Source: Botryllus schlosseri (taxonomy: Eukaryota). From it: a stretch of 64,000 nucleotides of DNA. Both the position numbers and the translations under genes were made by a program. The first letter of the stretch is position 1. The number at the start of each line of letters is the position of its first letter. This document shows positions 36,736 to 49,712 of this stretch, one piece after another. The notes under the pieces are model-generated. The model ran no database searches. It was not told where the DNA came from and was given only the letters and a program-made list of their open reading frames with translations. The stretch is taken from positions 33,358,001 to 33,422,000 of the forward strand of contig CM119372.1 of NCBI GenBank assembly GCA_051294905.1, written 5' to 3'.

Positions 36736-39087
36736 CATAAGCGCCGACTTTTATTTTTGAATGGGGTGGCGGCAGGCGCGTAGCCAGGGGGTAGTCGAAA
36801 CCCCCTTCTTTTGAAACGCAAAACCCCGTCCTTTGGAAATGACCATTCTGATGCTAATATTCAGTTGCAAGTTGCAATTCAACTAGTATTATCAGTGTTA
36901 CGCGCGGCCGCGACCAATTAGCGAGATTCGTCTGTGCACGCATAACACCACGCGATCTCCCGCTGAGATGATAGCGAAATTAGGTCATCGATAGCCGAGC
37001 GTTCGGCATTCATCGCTGGACTGAGCAATGAGCATGAGCAATGAGCATAACACGGCGCGACAATTCTGGAACACGAAAGACAGACAAAAATGATGATTAC
37101 AAACGCGCGCGGCCAGCACAATGGGATTTTACTTAGTATTGAGAAGCTCGCATCGCGACAATTGGTTGTTGAATAAAACATCGATTTTGACTGCATTGCT
37201 GTCATTTCCCGATTTACATTCGCAAAGCATAATTGGACCAATGTTATGGGCACTGGAATAAATTCCAACCAGCAGGCACACACAATAGTACACTGTTCAA
37301 CTTTGCGCTCCGAGAATATTTATTACAAAAATGGTTCACAAAATATTTCAACGCTTTAATTAGAAGAAGGTGAACGTATATTTGGTCGTCAAATCGCGAT
37401 AGGAGATGGTGTTTCTCAGAGCACTGAAATCGACGTTTCTAACGATGAGGTCGAATTTGTACATCTAATAAAGGATCGTTGCTAAAATCAGCATCGGTAA
37501 GCTGTGCGAAGTGCATCGTAGTGATCAATTTTATCAGACTGCACAATCGGCCGGCAAGGTTGCGCTGATAACGAAATTGCAGACATGCCGCAAACCCGCA
37601 ATAATTACAATTACAGGGTGCGCTAGTCATACCTAAATACCCAGATTCGGCAACGGCAACGAGCCGAGCACAATTTATTTGGACGGGGGCAAAGTTTTAT
37701 TCTAAAAGATACATAAACATAGACAATATTACAGTCAGAGATTGTTACTGTTTGGCGAAAGTGTTTCTGCGGACGGTAGCAGGCCTGCATGCGGACGCGC
37801 TAAAACAAACCACCGACGATAGTACACATGAGATATCGATGACCCGTTTCAAATACAAATGATTCTCCCTAATTTGCAGTACGCAGCATCGATAATACGA
37901 ATTAGTGAATTGGCATTTCAAAAGGACGGGATTTCTAGTTATAAATGAGAAACTCCCTGGCTACGCACCTAGGGTTTTAATACCGACAACGCGCTGGTTA
38001 ATATCAGCCCGGGGCCTACGGCCGACCGATAAGCCTGTCGAATTTGGTCGTAAAATGGTGTTATCCACGTGTTATTGCAGCAAGAGCAATATGGGCGCAT
38101 GCTCCGACCTTAGCAATAGAAATACACTTCTAATAGTTTTTAAATTCGATCCGCGATATAGAGCCGTCCATCAATGAAGTTTATTAGTTCCCGTTCAAAC
38201 TAATCAAATAAATTCAGAATTTGCGCCACCGAGAATCTCGTGTTGCATCAATATCTGACAAGTAATTCAACGCCGTGCACTGCACAATGCGCAGTATTAA
38301 TAACAAATCAAACACTGACAAGTGACACCGAGGGAATACTAGTGAATAAAGCAGACAAGAATTAGTAGCCTACAGATGATAGCAAACGAGAAAGCGCGCA
38401 TCTAATCAGTAATTCCTCAACTTGCGCACAGCATAATGGCGGTTCCGAGTCTGACATCGCGACAATTGTTTTCTCAATATAACGACGTTTGAGCTGCATT
38501 GTTGCATTTCCCGATAAAAGTTGGCAGAGCCTTGTTAGAGTAATGAATATTGAATATGCGCACTTTGCGCAGGAATGATTTTCAATTCGCAGGCATACAC
38601 AAACACACTGTCTTATTTCGCGATCGAAGCCTCCAATCAGAGAGACCATCACGGAACTAACTCAAGAATTATTTTGTAAACGAATATGGGCGCAAATACA
38701 ATTTAATTAAGAGAAGGAGAACGTAAATTCGCTCGTCTGGCCGAGAAAGAAGATGGTGTTTCTCAGCGCAAGCGTGTCGAAATCAACGTCGTAAACGAGG
38801 TTGCTTCGAATGTCTGATTACTAATCACGGATTACAATTTATTTGGGCGTTTTAAGCACTAGTTCGTCGTCGCCGATGCAGCTGCGTATTCAATTATTCG
38901 CGCACGTCTCGGTTAATGGTAATTAGTTGGCATTTACGCGCTATCACGTACTCGCTAATTGACAAAGCTGATGATTTAAAATCGCCGACGGCGGGTGTTC
39001 AGTCTTATTGTATGGGGTGGCCGCCACCCCATAAATTTGTCATGGGGTGGCTGTGCCACCCCGCCACCCCGTAACTCGGCGCCTATG
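36736..39087. mobile_element. hAT-type element with CATAGGCG-like termini; nested element ~36773-37970
   Basis: CATAAGCGCCGA...TCGGCGCCTATG; perfect TSD AACAAGTA; inner CAGGCGCGTAGCCAGG...CCTGGCTACGCACCT. Confidence 0.8.
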
Positions 39088-41063
39088 AACAAGTATACAT
39101 CAACGTTTTTGGAGTACTCCAGTATATTTTGCATACTTGTACCACTTACTCAACTGGTTGTGAGTTTAGCCTATTTCCACTTCTACTTTGACAGATTTAG
39201 TTTTTAGGCAAAATCAAGCCTAGAATACTTCTTTTACTTACTTCGAAATTGCTAATTCTAACTGTAGTTTAGATAACTTTACGACAGAGAACCAAAGATG
39301 AATACTTGGACGACCTCTGACTGTTATGCAACATTAAGTGGTCTGACAAATTATTCAATCACACTGGAGATTTATTTGTAAGCTAGGTTATTTGAGCCTA
39401 AGGTCTGAACATAATGAAGTTTTAGCTACTTCACCACATCAAAGTACGATGGATTTATAAGGGAAACTGCATCGTACGATTTTATTCGATGATTTTGTCT
39501 CTGCCGGAATCTGTACCATGTTGTAACCACAACAGAGCTGGTATTGCCGTGGAATATAATTTTTTCCTCGATGTGAATCAAATTGACGCAGGTAGCGCTT
39601 GGGGATCAATCGTATTCAGGGCCCTAACTTCCGCACCCAAAGTCGCTAATTGGCGGGGATTCCGAGCTCAAAGTGGCTTAAAATTTATTCGTTCAACTAT
39701 ATCAGTGGTTCGTAACCTTTTTTCCTGCAGTGCCCCTTTTCAGAAATTGCCTAGGTCTGGCGCCCACCAATATTTTAAAAACTAGTAAAAACAACAGGCC
39801 CGGTCGGTCTTTTTGAGTTAAGACTTTACTATTGGAAACACTTGAATTGCGCACGAGGACCACTCGACTAATTAAAGCTATAATAATTGTATGTGCTATA
39901 CTCGGGATCAAACCAAGGTTGTTAGAACAGCCATCGGGTATACGGGCTCATACCATCTGTTTCAAGCTCGATGTACACATACAAAATTCACCTTCGCGAT
40001 TGGCAATACGGAAAAGTTGATTGTATTGGGTTTTGTTTTTATTTCTTTGTGTAACTAGTAAATCAACTGAGAATGTGGTGGTACTGCACCCAGTTATTAA
40101 CTTTAATATGAATGTGAAAACATTGATCTTGCGGGACCGACATATTGTGATAAAACAATCCACCCTTCTACGACTGGTCGTGCTCAAACCATACTGTCCG
40201 AAACGAACTAAGTCCGGCATTACGCGGGGGAGTTTGTATAGGTAATAAAGCTCCTGACTAAAATACTTTTATATCGGCTTACAAGGTAATATGTCATTGT
40301 GTCACTGTGTATTCGTTGTCTAGTCGCATCAAGCGCGGCAATTGTTTGAAATTCCGAATTAAATTATGTCGTTTTGGGTCAAGGTTTTTTTCGCCGTCGA
40401 TCTTGTAGTCAGCACGCATCGCTGAGTCGCATGTTGGTCTAAACTTCATACGTCCCGGATTGTCTTGGCATGGTAATGGGCGGCGTCGAAATACCAGGGC
40501 CTAATAGCCATGTACGTGCACGCAGGCTGTGTAACCTCAAACTGAAGCAAACCCAACGGCCTCAAGCGATAAGAGAAATATACCTTTCTTTTATATTTGC
40601 GAATACAGCGGTCTGACTCATTTCTGTAAATTATGCTTATTTTTCTCGAGGAAGAAAACTAGTAATACTAAATCGTGGAAAGAAATTTTTTACGTTGAAT
40701 AAATCTTTTGAAATAATTCTCAACACTTTATAATGATTTAAGAAAAAACCATTATGCCCCATCCGAGCTTGGCGCCTCCAAATTTGATGGCTTGGGCTGC
40801 GGGAGTTACGGCCCCGATTTTAGACGACATCCACTTCTACCAGGGTTGTAATGACTCGAATCACGTTTTTTTTTGCGACTCGACTTGACTCGAGTCATTT
40901 TTTCGAATGCGTAAAATAACTCGACTCGACTCGGGTAAATTTGTGTATTGACTCGACTTGTCCTCGAGTCATTGTGCAAGACTCGAACCAAGTCATAAGA
41001 CTCGAGACTAGGACGGCCAAGATGGACATTTCATTGTAACTTCGCAGAATAATAAAGTCATCT

Positions 41064-41260
41064 CGTGGGTTCGATCCCCGGCCGGGTCAAACCAAAGACT
41101 TGAGAACTGGTAACTGCTGCTATCCTGCTAGGCGCTCAGTATCCGCGGATAGCATGGAAGAGAAAAACGGTGGTGCAGACTAGATGACCTTTCGGTCGTA
41201 TCGCATCTCCGTCGTCAAAGCATCTCGATGGTGGAGGCGAAAACGAATACCCCCTTCTCG
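41064..41260 (+). mobile_element. tRNA-derived SINE (family B), 5'-truncated
   Basis: B box GGTTCGATCCCC followed by a body shared with 62494-62675 (CCTGCTwGGCGCTCA...GGATAGCATGGA...GGTGGTGCA). The core resembles the MetaSINE-type central domain as I recall it; not verified. Confidence 0.75.
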
Positions 41261-41605
41261 CCTTTCTCTTATTCAGCGCAAGTTCTGAACAAACGCCTAA
41301 AAAACGCCTGAAAAGTTTCCAAGTGCTTACTGCGCACATATCCCACGAACAAGATTTAGATTTGAAAATACCGAACCCTGTGCTATAGAATAAATGCAGG
41401 CTTACATAGTCTTAATAACTATTTATTGTTCAAATTCAAAAGGTAAGCGAAGTTTGTATTAATAATAATTCGAAACGTGAAATACAGCAGTACCGAATCA
41501 ATACTGCTTCGGAGTGGACAGAAAATAGTTACATAACACCAAAGAAAACATCTCGAAACAAAATTCAATAATGTGCAGAATATTAAGTCGGTCTACACTC
41601 TACAC

Positions 41606-42174
41606 CAGTGGTCGGGAACCTATGACTCGCGAGCCGTGAATGGGTCTTTTGGGTATCAGATATGGCTATTTGGCAAATTTTCAACTTTTTACCTAATTTA
41701 TCAATATTGCAGCAACTATTTGCAACTTGATAGTTAATTTTTCTAACGGCCTAATTAATTTTTATACCTGCCATAATAGTTATTCTCGCGGCAGCATAAA
41801 CATGTCTGAAAGAGGTCAAGACAGTAAGGTATCCATACTAAGGGACTCGTATCCCCTTTTTAAAAATCCTCAAATATAAGCTGCTTTCGCGCCGCGACTA
41901 ACATCACTCGCGAATTCGATCTACCCGATAGCGAGCGCCTAGAAATCTTGGGTTGTACGATACCTTGATTGATCAAAGAGAAAAGCAGACAGCATGGCGA
42001 CGCTTGTATGACAATATGCCGCACACTACGAATCCCATCTATTAGTGCTACCATTACGTCAATAATTTTAAATTGTGACGTAACAGTTGATTGACATGTA
42101 TGGCTCTTTGAGAGTTACAATTGAAAATATTGCGCCAATATGGCTCTTCGGTCGAAAAAGGTTCCCGACCCCTA
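41606..42174. mobile_element. hAT MITE, inverted short relative of 50473-53413
   Basis: CAGTGGTCGGGAACC...GGTTCCCGACCCCTA; TSD CTCTACAC/ATCTATAC. Confidence 0.8.
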
Positions 42175-42227
42175 ATCTATACCTACTTAAATTGAAAATA
42201 TAAATTATATATGCATATACACTACAG

Positions 42228-44567
42228 CAGTGGTTCCCAAACGGTGGGGAATTCCCCACTGGTGGGGAATTCAATGGTTTCTTGTGGGGAATAGACGCAT
42301 CTGTTCAAAATAATATAGAAGACAGTCTATATATTCACGGAGACACATGCGCAATTACCATTACCAGTTAACTGCTCTGGAATGTGTGTATCGAAAATTA
42401 TATCGCGTGTTGTTCACAAAACCTCATTTGTAACTCTGGATGGCCAATCATGGCGTCACAAACGCATCCAGCACGACTAGTTTGACATGAAATAATGCTT
42501 TCGCGAAATTTTTAGCCTTACTGGTATCGGTTCACAATAGTTTTATGTGGCGGTTATTGGCGATTATCTTGCGTACTGGTGTGGTTGTGTGTCTTGTGTG
42601 GTCAGTGGTGGCTTTTGGGGTGGGCGAGGTGGGCGGTCGCCCGACTCCCCCCCCCTGGTCGAAGGGGCCCCCCTATCTGGATTTTGCGCTTTTTTCAAGG
42701 AGAATGACGAAGAAACATGGAAATCCGTGCACCAAGCAAGAATATGATTCCGTACAGATGTGTCAGTCATCATCAAATCACTGCATTTGTTAGAAAAGTC
42801 CCGTGACCCGATAATCATCACGTCTCTGCGTGTGGTAGAATTACTTAGTTTTGATGTAGTCTATCCTTGCACACATGCAAAATAGACATGGCCGAATCCA
42901 GCACCTGGGCAAACCTTTGCGGTGGTGAAAGATAGATAATAATAACCGATACGGAAGGGAGGTCTGGGGGGCGGAGCCCCCCAGAAGTTACGGATAGATA
43001 CTCATAGGGGCCCCCCCGGTAAGTCTCGCCCAGGCCCCCCCCGTTCGTAGGGCCACCACTGTGTGTAGTCAAACCAGCAAATAGCTAGCTGCTCTGTGAT
43101 GACAAAAGTGCTGGGTAGTGGAGAACAGGACCGTAACTGCTGCACCACAAACCTCCTTGCGATTTAATATTGCGGAATATCTGGTTATTGGGTACCCTTC
43201 CCCCACGAAAATACGCTGAATTTATAGAAATGAAGACTTTGGCGCATGCCATTACTGCGCCAAGACGCACCAAAGGCATATGAGGTTATAGGCCATGGAA
43301 CATGCAACTCCGAGAAGTGTGCCAGAACGATCAGCAGCGAGAAGACCTTGGCCGAGAAGGAATGCCGTTGTGGTGACCCAAAACTTGTTTTGACGAGTCA
43401 TGTTTTAGTTAATCAGTTTAATTCAACTGTCCTTTATTAGCATTCCGTTATTCTCCTCGACAACTCTTAATTGTTTTGTTTGATTTAATGATTATGGTTG
43501 ATTGAATTGTTACATCGTTCGTTTTCGTTTACCTTTATATTGCTCAGTTGCTGCTATTTCTTTCTCCATTCAACTGTTATCGGACGAGCAAGCAATCTTG
43601 CGAATCTCACCATTTACATGTCTTCATTCTGAAAAAGCTGTTTCCGTATAATTCGTTTGGACTGCTTGAATTTGAGATCAGAAGAAGATTTGATAAGCAA
43701 CAGTTTGACTATAGTCCGAGCCAGATTTAGTGTACAGCAGACAGGATCCGACACCTAACAAAGCGCCACTCATTCACTTCAGTGACGCGTCGGAACAATA
43801 TATATATGCAATATACATATATGTTTAATTGGCTAAATGGCTGGCGCCGAATGTTCCTGTCCTGACGATCTGAACCCTACAGGACAAATGCCATTCCGCA
43901 GGGAAAATTATTTGCCAATGAAGCAATACTAATTTGAATCCTCACCGGCAGACAATTGTGACGCTAATGGATCTATCAGACTCTTGAGACCTGGTGTAAA
44001 AGGCCATAGTAGCCGAACACCATATGTACAATACTAACAACAAAAACAACTAATTTGAAATCGTGTGTGCATTTTAGTTTTGGCGATTTCCATATCTTTT
44101 GACATAGCAGATAAAGGAGGCCACGAAATAGCATAATGTAACTGAGTCAATATATACCAACGGGTCCGCCCAAAGATGATCAATTCTTATTTAGGGGTCC
44201 TACCTTTTCCAATTCACCTCACTCAGCTCTACTCAAATCTGATTACGTGAGCAGAGAGGGGATAAAAAATTGATAGCACAATATATGCAATTCCTAATGA
44301 TATTGGCCGATTAAAGCACGAATTATATAAATTTTACGAGCTTCGCGTGTTTAGTCGAAATAAGGCGACGCACTAAACAGTAAACCCATGTAGCTGATAA
44401 GTTGCAGAGAAAAAGCGTACAGGCTCACTGGGGCTGAGGGGGTTCTGGGGGCCCAAGACCAACGTTTTTGGCGGGGCTGAAAAAGTGCTGTTACGGTCTT
44501 GGTAGGGAATGAAGGCTCGGAATAAATCTGAAGTGGGGAATGAAGACAAAAAGGTTGAGAACCACTG
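42228..44567. mobile_element. hAT MITE (GTGGGGAAT subterminal motifs) with nested GC-rich-ended elements
   Basis: CAGTGGTTCCCAA...GGTTGAGAACCACTG; TSD CACTACAG/CACCACAG. Confidence 0.8.
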
Positions 44568-45343
44568 CACCACAGCGTACACTACATGCGATGACTAAAA
44601 TTAAACACATATCATTCACGAATATGGCAAATATTGAACAGTTACCACGGACAGATAAAGCTTGGTCGTTAAGGGATTCGTTTCAAAGCGGTTCACCTTG
44701 ACCGTAAGAATATTGAAAGAAAGTGCGATGCATTACGTAGCGCGACTTTGATTTTGTCGTATAGCTGCAGTGATCGATCGTTGGATTGTCGGTGTACGCG
44801 CGATCGCTGATTTATATTCTGACCAATATCTGTAACGAACCCAAAGCCTGGAATATAAATAAATTGGAATATCAAGTAACAAGAAGCGCGATTGCGGGTG
44901 GGCATGGGATAGATAGAATTGACAACTTGCGATACAGCAATGCAAATTTTTGTATAATCGCGAAATGACCAGTTATTACCATAATTGCTGAACATACATC
45001 GCGTGCAAGACCCTCTGTACTATTAAGAGGGATTTGGGTTTCCAATGCTAGTGTAAACCGGCACCGGTCTACTTCCGCAATAATGAAGAAGTTGTGGGCA
45101 CGCCTTTAATGAAACTCAGGAAGCTTGGACTGACCAATCCAGACTTGCAGTTTCCAACGCAAAGCAAGATATTGCATTTTCAAATACTTTTTCCAAAAGT
45201 CAAGCTCAACATTATCGATTATACGACATTGTTCAAGCGAAACTCACAACTGCTACCGACAAGTTGACTACAGTTAGAAATATTGTTCTGACATGTAACA
45301 GGACTGTTCCACCTCTTCTCACCATACTCAATTTTCTCGACTG

Positions 45344-46414
45344 CTAATTTGTTTCGGCCCATGCAATTTTCACTGTACGAGTACCCTTCGGCGGAACAGT
45401 TTCAAGGGTCCCGGCATCGGCCATTGCATTCATTGGGGGCGTTCTTTCACACTTTATTACCTTTCGCATGTCGTCTTTGAGACGTTTCGCTTCGTTTCTA
45501 ATTTCATTGGAGGCGTAGTAATAGAGAATTGGGTTAAGACATTCCGTGAAGCGAAGAATACCGTTCGGTATGAAGACAAATAACAGAAAATGTTTGTTCT
45601 CTAATATTTGTCGCATAGTGAGGATTAGTATTTTCCCCGTGCAATCAATGCTATAGCCTACTAGGAAACTGATTACTATAGCTTTCAGTTGTAGCAAAGC
45701 TCGTTCCTCTCTCTTTTTTGAAGTGGAACTCTGTCCTACTGTGGTTGAGGATCTTCGAGTGGCAAGGTGATGAATTATTGCAAGACAGAGGCCGACGATC
45801 GTGATAGTTGGTACGAACACACTCAATGAAATTGATAGAACCGACAGCACCTGCACCCGCATGGCTGGCTTGATATCCATCCAGCATATCTTTCCGTTTT
45901 TCCATGGTTCGACTTTCATTTGAATGTAATGTGGGAATGTCAGCAGTGTAAACGAAAATATCCAGGAACCAGCAAGCAACATGCGGCAAAATTTCACAGA
46001 AACTTCTCGTCGCCCATCGAACGCGTGCACGACCCCACGATACCGGATGATGCTCAACATCAAAACGTGATGCACCGTGACCATCGTTGTTGCAGTACTA
46101 GTTGAAGTTATCATATTACACACAAAAGAGGGCAAGGTAAAGTGCGCCACGTGCACAACTTGGTAGACAGTGAATGGGCTGATGCATGATGCTATTAGAT
46201 CTGTAAAACTTAGTCCGAGAGTAATAGTGACGAAGACTGTCTGCTTCATTCTCAGTAGGATGACTATCATCACGGCATTAGTAACGAATCCAGCAACACT
46301 CAACAATCCAAACGTGACAACAGTGCAAATTCGTTCGACCATGCCAAAGTTCTTTTCGAGGACTTCCGTACCGTTGGCATTCAGATGCTGTATCAATTCA
46401 TCTATATCCAGCAT
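45344..46414 (-). CDS. Intronless class A (rhodopsin-like) orphan GPCR, 356 aa
   Basis: Seven hydrophobic segments; TM1 N, TM2 LSFTD, TM3 Cys plus IRY (DRY variant), TM4 W, ECL2 Cys, TM5 FVP, TM7 NPILY, helix-8-like SNEIR; N-terminal NGT sequon. Confidence 0.93.
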   Translation of the reverse strand: MLDIDELIQHLNANGTEVLEKNFGMVERICTVVTFGLLSVAGFVTNAVMIVILLRMKQTVFVTITLGLSFTDLIASCISPFTVYQVVHVAHFTLPSFVCNMITSTSTATTMVTVHHVLMLSIIRYRGVVHAFDGRREVSVKFCRMLLAGSWIFSFTLLTFPHYIQMKVEPWKNGKICWMDIKPAMRVQVLSVLSISLSVFVPTITIVGLCLAIIHHLATRRSSTTVGQSSTSKKREERALLQLKAIVISFLVGYSIDCTGKILILTMRQILENKHFLLFVFIPNGILRFTECLNPILYYYASNEIRNEAKRLKDDMRKVIKCERTPPMNAMADAGTLETVPPKGTRTVKIAWAETN

Positions 46415-47096
46415 GTCGTATAGCCTACTTCTATTGTGCGTTTAAACAAGGAAACTCATCATCGACTAAATCAGTAAACCCTCTATTTCACTTGACACAA
46501 AAGCCGTCAGGAATTCCCAGTGCTCCACACCGAATAGATGAAATATTTCCTTGGCCGAGAAAATATAAATAGCGGACTGCTGCTGAAGACGTGCGACATG
46601 TGACTACAGATAATGCAGGATGAAATCCAGTAGTGGGTTGTAAGTTCCTGTGATTGCGGTCAATCGCAGTACACGCGTGGTCGTTATTTCTACGAGGAAT
46701 ATTGAATACCAATACTTTCTCAGTCGATTTAGTCATGTTTGCAGGATAAGGTATTGTTCGTTGTCTGCCTAATTATATGTTTCCGTAGTAAAATTGTCGA
46801 GTTGAGGTCAGTACACAGTCGATCGATAGTTCTGCAAAGAGTATAGGCACCAGTGATGAGCGGATATTGATTCCTGAGTATCCGAATCCGTCCGACTTTA
46901 GGCCCTCATAAACATTCGGCGTACCCACCCGTATCATTTCATGTCAACCACGACAAAGAAACTTGCTCAAACACAGGTTCGCGAACGGCATATTACAACG
47001 CACGGTTGGCGGTTACCTTCGATGACAAGAGATTTCAATGCCATGTTACTGGAAATCCTCAGAACTGTAACGAAGTATTTCGATGTTCATTTACCA

Positions 47097-49038
47097 CAGT
47101 GGTTCTCAACCTTTTTTCCTCCAGCGCCCACTTTCCGAAATTATGGTGCTCCAGCGCCCCCTCCCCATATTGTAAGGACAATGGGTGAGAGTAGGGCCGT
47201 ACCAGCCCGTCGTCAGCCCCCCTAAAAACGATTGTCTTGGGCACCTATAGCGTGATAAACCAAACTCATGAGGGCTTGACCCCGAAGAACCCCGTCGAGT
47301 GATTTCGATGGTCAGCAAAGTTTATGTGACCTGGTCGCCCTAGGAGCCAAAGTTTTCCATAATGCATGAATGAAATAGGTTGTACTTGCATATATATGTC
47401 ACTATAAACTTTTTATCCTCTCAGATCACGTCATTAGATTTACCAGTAGCGCTGAGTGAGCTGTTGTATTGGAAAATGAATGCCAGGTAATTATTAATTG
47501 AACATATTCGGGCATGCCCGTTGGTACAATTAAATCGTTACATGTTATTTTGTTACCTCTTGTCCGCTATATAGTCAAAAGTTATTGAAACGCATGAACG
47601 CATTAAACTAAAGAAAGCACACGATAAAAAATTGGTATTTCGTCATTGACAAATAATTTTCTCTGATGGATGTTATTAGTCCTGTGGGTGCAGATTGCGA
47701 CGACATGATAATTCGGCACGAGCGATTTAAACACCTATGGACAATTAGACTCATCTACATCGAAGTTTACGCTCAACATTAGGGCCTCTTCGGTTAAGGT
47801 CTTCTCGCTGACGATCTTTTTTACACACTTCTCGGAGTCCCATATTCACCGGAACTTCATGTCTTCGTGCATCGTAGTGTGGTAATGGCCCACGCCGAGA
47901 TACCTATTTCTATTCATAATTATGCGTATTCTTCCGTAAGGGAGTCGTAAAAACATGATGTTCAATGTATGTTCATTCACCGAAATAATTTAGGGCACCC
48001 TTTGAGCTAACCTATAAGGGGTTTGGGTTGCAGCAGTTTCGGTCTTGGTAAGACGTCCAAGTTCAGTCTGTCTTTTTGGGACTTTGGTATTGGAGATATT
48101 TCGCGCTTTAATCGCGCTCGAGGGCCATTCAACTAAAATAAACCATATAATATTTGTGTGTGCTATATTCAGGGTCAAATCAAGGTTGTTATATCAGCAA
48201 CAATCGGGTACGGTATCTTACCCTGTGGTTCGAACCCTTCAGAATTCACATCGCCGATTGATAATACGGGGAAATTAATGGTATTGGATTTTGTCTTATT
48301 GCTTTGTGAAACTAAAAGTATGTCAAGTGAGAATTGGATGCATATATCTGCTCAAATTGGATTTAGTACTGTACCCAGTTATTAATTTTAACATGAATGT
48401 ATTCCAAACAAAGCAACTCATATTATATAACGTTCATGTGAGAGTGAGGTTGTGAACCACAACACGAGATGGTATCATCCTTTATGATACGATGAAGAAA
48501 TATTCTGACGATTTAATTTTGTAGCTCTCAAATATAGGTATATTTTGTTATTCATTTCGTTCACAAAGCTTCAAAACTTATTTTATGTACAAAGGGCTCT
48601 CACTCTCAATCAAAAGTGATATACAGGGCCTTTTTCTTTGATTTTCACACGCTGTGCGCTGCGGGATATAATACCTAATTCGAAATATTTTGTTGAAAAT
48701 AACCCTAGCAAGTGTGACAGCAGTGTTTTAAATAACGCGAAATTGGCGATCTAAAATTACGCGCAATTCGTTTTATATAAATTATAATAACCCACTACAT
48801 TTATGTAAACATATGTAGCAAACATCGTCGCGTAGCGAGACCAAAATTTCGGGATTTGACACATTTTGTGGAATGTTTTATTCGTTCTGAATACTCAGAA
48901 TATGTCCACGGCGAAGCCATTTTTCTTCAGCGCCCCCTTGAGCCCAGCGCCCCCCATATCGCCCCATGAGCGTTTCCGCCCCCTTCAAAATCGCCGGCGC
49001 CCCTTGGGGGGCGCTGGAGGCAAGGTTAAGAACCACTG
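47097..49038. mobile_element. hAT non-autonomous element (AGCGCCCC subterminal motifs); relatives at ~39712-40800 and, inverted, ~55630-56871
   Basis: TIR CAGTGGTTCTCAACC/GGTTAAGAACCACTG; interior 48040-48400 matches 39800-40110 and the reverse complement of 55630-56790; TSD not recovered. Confidence 0.7.
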
Positions 49039-49196
49039 CTATAGACAATCAGTTCTACTATAGAGTAGGGTTTAAAATCAAAATCAAAACAAACATCTTT
49101 ACATGTAAAACATAGCGCTAGTTAAAAAACTTTCTTTCTTTTTCAAACATGATTACGTATAGATTAACAAAAAGAACAATATTTATGCAATGCTCT

Positions 49197-49385
49197 GGCG
49201 AGATAGCGTATATTGGTATGGTCCTCAGCTTCAACACCAATACGTTATGAGTATGAGTGCAATCGAGGTCGACCACAGAACTCTAATCGAAGTGTTGTAG
49301 GTTTATCCAGGCTCTTCCTCGCCATATCATCCGCGCAAGCGGTGTCTTAGAAAGCCTGAAAGTGGGTCGTGCTGCAAATTGGCAT
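49197..49385 (+). mobile_element. tRNA-derived SINE (family A), diverged copy just downstream of the ficolin stop
   Basis: GGCGAGATAGCG...GAGGTCGAC...GGTTTATCCAGGCTCTTCCTCGCC...GCGGTGTC matches the 30250 copy. Confidence 0.8.
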
Positions 49386-49712
49386 TTGCAGAATCATAAT
49401 ATTAAAGAGCTCCAGAAGTTCAATATACAATTGAATAGTATAGTTATATTGGAATGAACCCGAATATGTTCGGGTGGCACTCGTCAGGGGTAATCGTCAG
49501 CAACCAGTAGAGAATTGGAAAGAACATAGTATATCACCAATCGTATCACAAAATATGACGTTACGAGCTTGGAATGAAATCTCAAATAAGAGAGCATTCA
49601 ATGCGTTCAATCATAGTAAAGAATACCGGACTGGTGTAAATGAGAGTCGCAAGGTCGTCTAACAGTAGGCTAGGGCATATATACATGGTATCGAATAACC
49701 ATCCGTTCTAAT

